Of a DNA stretch of 64,000 nucleotides, positions 54,674-64,000 are shown in pieces. The notes under the pieces were generated by a model. That model was not told the origin of the DNA. It ran no database searches and saw nothing but the letters and a program-made list of their open reading frames with translations. The number at the start of each line of letters is the position of its first letter. Within the stretch, counting starts at the first letter, position 1. The DNA lies in contig CM082580.2 in the NCBI GenBank assembly GCA_040954595.2, positions 6,827,519 through 6,891,518 of the forward strand, read 5' to 3'. The translations under genes and the position numbers were made by a program. The DNA is from Balanoglossus misakiensis (lineage: Eukaryota; Animalia; Hemichordata).

Positions 54674-55032
54674 TTAAGGAATACGCACCTCTGGGACATA
54701 TTTCCAGAAAGAAAATGGTAGAACACCAAACATTCCAATTCTTTGCTTTATTAAAGCGTGTGGAGAGTCTTTTTGAAAATGCAGAAGAAAATCGGGTGTT
54801 CACCGTCTTGTTGTCATGAAAACCTCTACTGGACATTTCCTCCATAGACTTAACAGAGAGAGTGATAGCCATTTTGTATTTTCAAATTGAGCCAATGTGG
54901 GTCAATTTTGCTCTCTCATTCGATATTTTTGCGCGGTGACCCCCGATTGTTATGCTTACTTTTAAGAGAGAATGATCTGAAGCTGTCTTGAGCAAAATAT
55001 GATATAAAGTTTAAGACTTCATTCTTCCTTAA
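54674..55032. mobile_element. Degraded TTAA-flanked non-autonomous repeat (Kolobok/piggyBac-like ends)
   Basis: Bounded by TTAA|GG...CC|TTAA. An internal ~95-bp segment (54802-54895) has a diverged inverted copy at ~57877-57971. Confidence 0.4.
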
Positions 55033-58000
55033 ATAGAAAACTAAATTTTGACAATTTGTGGCTAAAAGGTTCAACTCGGCTGGTATACTAGCACAGTGGT
55101 TGGGGGGGAGGGGTGCGTGATATGTTGGTAGTGTTACTTTGTTCCTAGCCGCAGAGGAACAGCATGCCAGTTGTAAACAGTAACGGCTGTTTGACCAATG
55201 TGGGAGAAGTCATCGCCATTCATTAATATTCATAACCAAAATGCATGTACTAGTAAATCAAAGGGGAAATGACAAATATATCTAATGATATAAGGCAACA
55301 TGTATTTGAATCTCGGTGTCAAATCATCTGTCGCGATTTCTGTCTCAACCAAGCCGAGGCGGTTAATACCATGGTTTGTAATCCCGGCAGGAACTCTTGA
55401 ATCAACGTTCCGTGACGTCGACAGATTCACCACTGGGCGTGTGCGTTCAACACTTCTTGCAGCGGTACATGATTACTCTTCCCGCCGCAGCCTACCTTGT
55501 TTTCCTCCCTTCTCCCACCCCCACATCATAGTGACATTTTCATACAACTTTAACCGGAGGAAAGATTTGCAATGGCGCGACTTGAAAGAATAGTCTTCAC
55601 TTACCGGAGCACGGAGCCGTAGTCTTGCATAAGTTGTAGACTTCAAAAATACCTCGTTCTCTCTCTTACACTGCCTACTCGATTATGCTTACTATTTATT
55701 GTGATGCAAACAACTGTGTGTCTCCCCGTCTTGTTATTTGTGTAATGTGAATGGGTTGGTATTCTCTGTGTGTGACAGCGCGATGAGTCTGTGGTAGAAT
55801 GCATGGGTCTGACGTGGCCCACGAATGTGCATAATAGGGGAACGGGCTGATTAAATACGCTACGGGCCAATCCCTGCCTAGATGGGTTACCCCCGTCTTC
55901 TGCGTATTCCGATGCCCGGACCAGCGTTTACCAATGGGCGATGTATATTCGTTTCAAGCCCCCCCCCCCCCCGGGGTACCACAAGAGATAGTTGACAGGG
56001 GCGTGAAATCCCACTTTCTTGAACTCTACCCGCCCCAAAAAAACCGAATTCCTAGAGTTCGTTCACCCGCTTCGACAGCCTGAGCCAATTTCATTAGACA
56101 CTCTCGTTCCGTATGTAGCGCACTCTCCAACTCGGTAGGTCTAACCTAAATTTAACAACAGACAACCCGTTAGAGTTATGTCAGAACATGTTACAGCAAA
56201 GCCACTATTGCAAGTAAAAAAAATTGATGTATTCGCTTATTCACCATATGCATCATAAACGGCATTTAAAAGCCGATGTATTCTACAGGCAAGATCATTC
56301 GGTTTCCAAATAAAAAATTATGCCCGACCACACAATGTCGTGCGTTTTCAGGCAAACCATTTTATCGAACAGAAACTGAATAGGGACGTGAAAACGTGGC
56401 CAATGCGTTTTGTTTCGCTGAATTGGGTTATAGAAATTACATTTGCCTCAGAAGTCCGGGGTAAGTGTTTTTGCGGAATGGGAACCGCGCACGTTGCCAG
56501 TTAGTAGGAAAGAAGTGGTGATGAGATAGGGATCGCTTACAATCGAAGTGCGCCCCCAAAACGCGGTGCCTTTTTAATGTAAGTGGGATGTTCAAGAATC
56601 CCTGGACGTGCTTCAAGTCGTTTCAGTGAACTTCACGTTCAAGCTCACTTTAGCGATTTCAAGGTAAGAAACTACCTTGTGAATGGCAGTCCATTATGTC
56701 ACCGGGTTGCACGCACGCGCTGTGCTGTTCAGTCTTCAATGGTCTACTGGCTACTTTGCATGAGCCTCACGGTAGTGTCTGTTGCTGAGCACGTTATATG
56801 TAATTTAAGATGCAATTGCATAAGATGGTGGCCTCCAAGTTCACAATGAACTAACCTCGGTGTGGCTGACACAGCATGGAAGAGAAATATATAAGAGATC
56901 ATTTAAAACAGGCCAAAACGGGGTACGCCCCTTTGCCAGGAACTGTGCAATGATTTATTGTTCTAGGTGTGCAATTGTCTTCATATTCTCGACATGGGTA
57001 AGACGCTTCAACAATATTGTAGATTTGGGTAAACTTTTACCAAAGACCTTTTTGAAGGCTGGGGTGGGTGGGGGGGGGGGGGCATTTTACAAACACGGAA
57101 TAGAGGTAGGTCACAGTCACCTTTTACGTGGCCGACAGATCCCAAATTCCACTGCCCTCCCTCGGTAGAATTGAAAGATGCCTTACATGCAAACACAAGG
57201 AGAATGAAGGAGGTGATTCCCCGTATCTAATATCCCTCAAGACCCTATGCAATCTGATTAAAATCAGATGTAGGGAACGGCGACGTGGGTTTTTTTTTAT
57301 GCTGTCGCCTCACACTAGTAGTAGTGGTGACCCCAATATAGGGCAACACTGCAAAGGTCATTCAGCAGTTACCACGATATACTTTTTAATGCACAATAAC
57401 AAGCTAAACCGTTCGCGTCAGTGCCAGTGAAAGTTTTTACCAGGTATACAGGCATCAACGTCCCTCGGTGCATTCCGGTAAGAGAACACCGTTATTTGAA
57501 CCACTATATTCTGTTGATACTCCATAGGAGAGGAAGAAATGAAATGGGTCAAATATGGCGTTAAGGATACAAAATAGCTATTGCGTGCACCGGGTGGAGG
57601 AGCTCTGTTGATTCAAGAGTCTCTCAGGCTCAAGTTCGATTTATTTGTTATCCTTCATAACAATGACCTTTACAGTCTAGCCATATATTCATTGTACTGC
57701 AGTGAAGTCTCGGTACCTTGTACTTTTTACATTAGATATTAAGAGGTCACTGTGACCTCTTTGTGTATACTGGTATATTCCGTATTAGTGGGTGTGTACA
57801 TGTAGCTCGTAGTCCTGCGTACTGGTCTGTGTGTCCCCAGCGTAGTCAAGGGAACTTCAGGTTATTCTCTCTTAACATTCTCTCAAATTTGAAGTTTTCA
57901 ATGGTCGTCACCTCTGTGTTAAATCTATGGGGAAAATATAAAGTGGAGGATTTTTATGAAAACAAGACGGTATGTGAACACCCAATACACTCTAATATAG

Positions 58001-58281
58001 ACTCTCTCACAGCCCACGGTTCGCTACAAGGCTCTTCACTGATGCGCCCTCAACTGTTTAGCAAAGGAGAAGCCCCATATGGTGTTGTGTAGCGAACCTT
58101 AGGACCGTCTCGCCGGGCACACATGCAATCAGTCCATAAGCCTGCATGGACGACGAGAGGGGCTGTGAGAGAGTCTAACTCTAATATAGCAAAGAATTGA
58201 AAGGATTGAATTATTATTTTTCTGAAAACCTGTCCCAAATGCATATGCCTACCATCTTAAAATACTTCCTACGTACCATAT

Positions 58282-58799
58282 TAGACTGTCGACAGTCCCT
58301 CGCGCCTAATGTGTATCGATTCGGCGTTTCGTGGTGCGAGGGCCGTAAGGCCCGAGGGACTGTTATAGCTTGTAAGCCTTGCCTTGATATTAATTATGCA
58401 TGCAGAAAATGACGTAGTAAAATTTGCATATGGGGGCGTAAATCAACGGCGAAACAACCAAAACTATTGATGACGGTTCCTCGGTAAATTCGCCGATCCT
58501 GTCCAAGAGAAATGGTGCGATTTCATACGCCAAAGACTTCCCACTGCCCGTTGGCGACGCAACAAAAACATCTTTGCCGTTTATGAGTTTATGACGTATA
58601 TTAACTGTCAATCATTTTACAGGGGCATTTTCCCACAGTGCCCGTGTGAGGGCGAAACAAGGTATAACAGTCCCTCGGGCCACGCCCATGCCCGAGGCCT
58701 TACTGCCATCGCACCACGAAACGCCGAATCGGGCCTTACGGCCCTCGCACGAAACGCCGAATCGATACACATTAGGCGCGAGGGACTGTCGACAGTCTA
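58282..58799. mobile_element. Non-autonomous TIR DNA transposon with RecQ-helicase fragment (AcademH-like)
   Basis: TAG...CTA termini with ~50-bp perfect TIRs (tagactgtcgacagtccctcgcgcctaatgtgtatcgattcggcgtttcgtg) and imperfect extensions. Perfect 8-bp TSD TACCATAT at 58274-58281 and 58800-58807. The internal minus-strand ORF remnant GKDVFVASPTGSGKSLAY...IVLVVSPL matches RecQ motifs I and Ia. Confidence 0.88.
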
Positions 58800-58864
58800 T
58801 ACCATATCTGTATGGCTGACATTCTTTTCACATTCTTTTCAGGATCCCATTTTTGAAAACCAAG

Positions 58865-59959
58865 ATGTCGCTTTTTATCAGAGCTTGCACTCGCACAACT
58901 GCTCTCAAGCGTTCCCTAGTACAGACCCGTTACATTTGCAGCGGAAATGTCAAGTACCAGGCCCACGGGAGGGTGAGCCCACTAGCGACCGAGGTGGAAG
59001 ATCTCTACCCGACCCGGTCTGGCAGCTGTGAGGTTCTACCACGCCCGGACCCCGTGGTATGGACCCGCGAGGGCTTATCGCCGACCGGACCCTTGACAAC
59101 CGAGCAGCTCAATCACTACCGCCATAGAGGTTACTTGGTGATCGATGACGTCTTCACACCCGAAGAACTGGAACCGGTACAGGAAGAAGTCTTTCAACTC
59201 AAGAACGAAATCGAAAGTGGCATCGGAGACGATGAAGACCCGACTCTCACACAGAAAAACATGTTCCTCACCGAACCGTCCACAAAGAAATTGCGCGGTC
59301 TCTTCGCTCCGCATATGCATCATCGAACCGTGCAGCGACTGAGCAGAAGTGACAAGCTGGTTTCCCGAGCACGACAGATCGTCGCCGACGAGGTCTACAT
59401 CCACCAGAGTCGCATCAATTTTCACCAAGCGTTGGTCGGAACTGGTCATGTCTGGCACACCGACTTTGAAATCTTCCACGCCGAAGACGGGATGCCAAGA
59501 TTGCGGGGGCTGAACATCGTTGTGATGCTTGGAATCAACACTCCGCAACAGGGTAGCCTGTTGGTGGTGCCGGAATCCCACAAGGTGTTCATCCCGACCG
59601 CTCATACCACATCGAAGGACAGCCTGGAGACGAATTCGAAATTCCGACTCAAAGTTCAGTATGGAGTCCCCGACGAAGCCGTTCTCGCCGATCTGGTGCA
59701 AAAGCACGGCATCGAATACTGCACGGGGCGGGCTGGCTCCATTATTATGTTTGATCTGAACTTAGTTCACGCCAACCAGAACAATCTTTCTACTCTTGAC
59801 CGCACCAACATCTTTATGGTCTACAACAGCGTGAACAACAAGCTGGTTAAGCCGTTCGGAGCCCCCTGGGATCGACGACCCGAACATATGGGTGCACGGG
59901 AGGCCAAGTGGGTGCAACCCATAAAACCCATTGCAAATTTGTTAGAATGTGAAGATTAG
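58865..59959 (+). CDS. ectD: Ectoine hydroxylase (EctD/ThpD)-like Fe(II)/2-oxoglutarate dioxygenase, copy B, 364 aa, single coding exon
   Basis: Near-identical inverted paralog of copy A. HVWHTDFEIFHAEDGMP signature (HxD at 59456-59464), distal His in LVH, acceptor TTCTTTTCAG at 58833-58842. The symbol is a family label only. Confidence 0.88.
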   Translation: MSLFIRACTRTTALKRSLVQTRYICSGNVKYQAHGRVSPLATEVEDLYPTRSGSCEVLPRPDPVVWTREGLSPTGPLTTEQLNHYRHRGYLVIDDVFTPEELEPVQEEVFQLKNEIESGIGDDEDPTLTQKNMFLTEPSTKKLRGLFAPHMHHRTVQRLSRSDKLVSRARQIVADEVYIHQSRINFHQALVGTGHVWHTDFEIFHAEDGMPRLRGLNIVVMLGINTPQQGSLLVVPESHKVFIPTAHTTSKDSLETNSKFRLKVQYGVPDEAVLADLVQKHGIEYCTGRAGSIIMFDLNLVHANQNNLSTLDRTNIFMVYNSVNNKLVKPFGAPWDRRPEHMGAREAKWVQPIKPIANLLECED

Positions 59960-61024
59960 ATTCTATATTTCGTGATCGACCCCGAACTACAATAATAAAA
60001 ACTAAACTTCTCAAATATCCGAATCTTTATTTATTGCATATACATGATAATTATATATATCAGTAATTAGGAGAATAAATTTGTCATAGTGCGACGTTTA
60101 TAATTATATTTCAGTAAGTACAGTTTGATCACATGTCTTCAAACGTAGGTTAAATACATGTATTACGAAAACGTATTCCTTTTCGATAAAATAATAAAGT
60201 TACATCCTTGTCTGTTGTCACCAAGCGTTCTTCTGTGCGTTTTCTCGCTTTGTTTTCGGCAGGTGTAAGTGTTATGCTGTGATCTATTAATCACACTCCT
60301 GCATGGTGTAATAGATTTTGTTCTTTTATTGGGTCGTTACAGTGGTTTTCGGCACTGTCGATCGGTAACATAGCCTAACCGTGCGGCTTTCCGACCCACC
60401 AAACACTAGAATCTTCCAAATAAACTGCGTTTGAATAGGCCTAACGTTCAAGTTATTGCACTGTCATATACAGACGAGATGCCCTTAAAAACCTATATTT
60501 TCTTCACTGATGCTTCTTGGTATCCAATATTTCTACCGGATTTAGACAGTTAGGGGTGTCAAAAGCTAAAGAGCTGTCCCCTACGTACGTGTTATATCGC
60601 CCAACTGCATAGCAAGGGCTGTCGGCTACGGCATAGATTCTAAAAAACACTCAGGAAGTCAATGACCTAAGAGAAACTTTTTTGATATCAATACGCTCTC
60701 GTTGGCGGCGCAATATTGATGCAGCCTCGTACGCCATATTATTTATTCCATTCAAAAGTAAACGTCATTTTCACACTTTTCAAGGTTTAAAAAGCACTCA
60801 AGCTACCCCAAATGGGTGTTTTACGTCTTCTTTTATTTTGAATTATATGAATGGAATATAAACTTGATAATTGCACTAATCATTGCCACTTGCTCGCGAA
60901 CGAAAACTTGTCGCCATTTTGAAAGAAATACACTTCCGTTTTGTCGAGGGTGTGATCTGGTCTTCCTGGTATGATAGCCAAGTTTTCGACATAGGTTTTA
61001 ATTGTCGAAGACCGCCAGGCCAAG

Positions 61025-63758
61025 ATGATTATCCTTGAATTTAACAACAGAATAATCGAAGAGACTCTTACGTTGAAGTTTAGCAATGCGCTCAACGGGT
61101 AAGTGACATTCTCTTGCTGCCCCTGTGCTGTGTTGTAGTGGGTTGGGGCCGGGATTTTACCTTCGAATCTCAAAGCGGTTGTCGGAAGGTGTGTTGGGTG
61201 GGCGTTTGGAGGACTGGGACGTTGGCTATCTATCCATTCCACGTCTATTCTGTTCTTCTTCAAGAGTGGAAGACATACCCTAGTCTAGTATGGAATGGGA
61301 AATAATCGTTTAAAATCACTGTAACTCTAACTTCCATGCACCGCGTCTGCGAAACCGGAAGTTCACCCAAAATATTTGCCTGGGCGTCGCAGTGGTCCTG
61401 GGAAGAGACTGGCGATAAAACACCAGCTCGGATTTTCTCACAACATGTCTGTCACTTCTTAATTCAACGAAAGAGAGTGAGGAAGTCATCTGTGCAGTGT
61501 ATTTTGTTGAAGTCAACGATGATCAGTGGTCACAAGACGTGTATTATGATTGCCTAAGTTCAAGGAAGTGGGACATCATTAAAGCAATATCATCAGGTGA
61601 CACACATATTGTTAAGTTCAGAGATGTACAATGCTAAATGTATGTACACTGAGTAAAACTGTCATATTTCTGCATTCATTTCAGGGGAAAACCAGATGGT
61701 ATTGATATTACCATAGCAGGTAGGTGAATTACATGACTCTATGTTTTGTATTTTTTTAATGGTAGGACGATCACTGTCTTGTGCCAACCTGTTGTACCTC
61801 CCAAAACCCTGATTAAGGACTGAAAATGTATCAGATTACAGCAGTCCTGTGTGGGTATATAATAATTGCCTTTTGTGTTCCCCGTCATCAGATTTCGATG
61901 GAGTTCTGTACCATATTTCCAACCCTGGTGGTGACAAGAACAAAGTGATGATTAGTATTTCTCTGAAATTCTACAAAGATTTGCAAAAACATGGTGCGGA
62001 TACGGTAAGAGTGGCAGTCAAAGTTGAGACCGCATTTAGTTGGTTTTTATGATGATCTTCATGAAACAAATCATTGGGTATTTTTGATCTCAAGGGAAAA
62101 TCACGAATGGTTTGGTACTGGAATGCTGTGCCATTATTTAAATAATAATTATAGCAGAATGAACGATTTGGAACATCCTATTGTTCTATATGGGATTTCA
62201 TCATTGAGAGGGATTACCCCCAAACCCTCAACTGCTAAAATTGTAAGACGGTTTGAAATGTAGGACTTTCTTACACACAACTGCCACATTCCAAAGGGAA
62301 GTGAGATATAATACCGAGAAAATTTATTACCTACTGAACAAATAAAGGTCAACATAATTGTGTGTAGATTGCAGGTGAAATCTCGCAGGGTGTTTGAAAA
62401 CAGTCCCTTGAAACAACAAGTGTCATTGTACTGCATTATTAGTTGCAGTGAAAAAAATTCAATTGACATGGTTTTCTTTGCACTGTGGGCCAAGTTTCAC
62501 CTATTTTGAGAGTCATTTTTTTTATCCCCTTTCCTCGACGCGTCAGCTTCTTCAAAGAGAGTACGGCAGTCTGCTGATGGACACCCCGGAAGCGGGCCAC
62601 AATGTGTCGCTACTGTTTGACCTTGAAAACATCCCAGAAAACAAGGAAGAGGTGATCAAGAAGGCTGGCCTCCTCAAGCGCCACTGTTTTGCGTCGGTCT
62701 TCGAGAAGTATTTCGACTTCCAGGAGAAGGAGGAGACCGGCGTGGAGAGGGCGGTCGTTCACTACAGAGATGACGAAACAATGTGAGTAGTCAGTACCCG
62801 CCAGCTTGGTTAGATGCAGTTTACAGGAACCTGTATAGAAATGTAGAGCTTCAGTGTTTGCTTATGTTCGCTTTTTCCTGATGTGTGAAGCTTGGGGAAG
62901 TGCAGTTTTTTTTTGTTCCCTGAAAATAACAAGTGGTCTTGGCAGCCAAAAGACTGAACAAAACATTAGCCCAGTGTTATCTAATCATCACTACTGTCCA
63001 TGTAACTCGTGCTGCTGTGTATGTAGCCTGTGCTAAATTGTGAGTGTTCTAGGTTAGCCAAGAGCTTACCCAGTGTGAAATTTAGTTCCACCCTGTACTA
63101 CTGGAAGACCTAGATGTTATGTTTGTTCTGTCCCAGGTACGTGCAAGCGCAACCAGATCGTGTAACAGTGGTGTTCAGTACCGTCTTCAAAGACGATGAC
63201 GATGTTATCATCGGAAAAGTCTTCATGCAGGTAAGATTTCAAAAGATAGATCTAATTGGTGGTGTAACTATCAGTAGCTTACTCGGAGCACCCTAATGAC
63301 ACCTTGCGTGAGCCGTCAAGACTCGCATGTAGTCGCTGAACTTTTATTTTGTGTTAATGTCGCAGGAGTTCAAAGAAGGCCGCCGTGCGAGTCACACAGC
63401 ACCACAAGTTCTGTTCAGCCACAAAGAGCCGCCACTTGAATTGCAGAACACGGACGCTGCAACAGGGGACAACATTGGATACATTACATTCGGTGAGTCG
63501 ACCCGTCGTGACTGCGAGTCTCAGTTCTGTGTTCCCCATTAATTTTGAAGCGTGGGTTTGAAAATTTGCACCGAGTTACAGGCATTGGTTGCATGTGTAG
63601 TTTAGTATGTGCTGAGATAACAGGTGTACTAATGTTGTTGTTGTTGTTCCATCGCAGTGTTGGAGCCCAGACATACAAACAGAAATGCCAGAGACAGCAC
63701 CATTGATCACATCCACATCTTCAGAGATTATCTCCACTATCATATTAAATGTTCTAAG
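61025..63758 (+). CDS. ARPC2: Arp2/3 complex subunit 2 (p34-Arc); 3' end lies beyond the window
   Basis: Exons 61025-61098 ([15 protein letters not shown]), 61685-61719, 61892-62004 ([12 protein letters not shown]...[16 protein letters not shown]), 62547-62782 ([15 protein letters not shown]...HYRDDETM), 63137-63230 ([25 protein letters not shown]), 63366-63492 ([19 protein letters not shown]) and 63658-63758 ([19 protein letters not shown]). Confidence 0.97.
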
Positions 63759-64000
63759 GTAAGAGGGTTGCAAGAAATGTGTTACAAGGTGTGGTGGATT
63801 AGTATGCGAATGTCTCAGATTTGACCGCCAGTTGCAAGGCATTTATTTTTTCCCCCAACCCCGCGAAGTCATATTAAAACAGGAAACATGAGGTATTGCC
63901 ATCGCTCTTACTATACATAATAGTCATGAAGGAATTTTTCAGTGCTGATTGCCAGTCTTTCATCGACACCAGAGAGCTGATGTGCAGTGGTCTCGCCAAT

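Noticed and set aside
58390-58611. RecQ-like ORF as a host helicase exon
   Set aside because: It lies wholly within a TIR/TSD-bounded element and truncates after motif Ia, with no further helicase exons nearby.
52449-59959. Bacterial contamination as the explanation for the EctD-like ORFs
   Set aside because: There is no operon context or neighbouring bacterial gene, splice acceptors and a eukaryotic-type presequence are present, and the flanks contain animal genes and eukaryotic transposon remnants. Read-level confirmation is still needed.

Overview
Eukaryotic, intron-containing animal DNA, most plausibly a non-vertebrate deuterostome (the taxon is inference only). From left to right: an sFRP3/4 (FRZB-like) Wnt antagonist on the minus strand with a ~9.9 kb first intron and ~15 kb of gene-free upstream DNA. 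A compact block follows: INTS12 (+), an intronless TRIM-NHL gene (+), TOMM7 (-) head-to-head with WDR75 (+), and a ferroportin (SLC40A1)-like gene (-). Then come two near-identical, divergently oriented, single-coding-exon genes resembling bacterial ectoine hydroxylase (EctD), and the 5' part of ARPC2 (+). Three things stand out. (1) The EctD-like Fe(II)/2-oxoglutarate dioxygenase pair looks horizontally acquired and domesticated, with a splice acceptor before the ATG, a mitochondrial-type presequence and altered substrate-pocket residues. (2) The adjacent ferroportin has substitutions at all four canonical vertebrate metal ligands. (3) A 518-bp TIR element with an 8-bp TSD carries a RecQ-helicase fragment (AcademH-like). 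Exon coordinates were read by hand from GT-AG sites and reading frame; homology calls come from remembered family sequences, not database searches.
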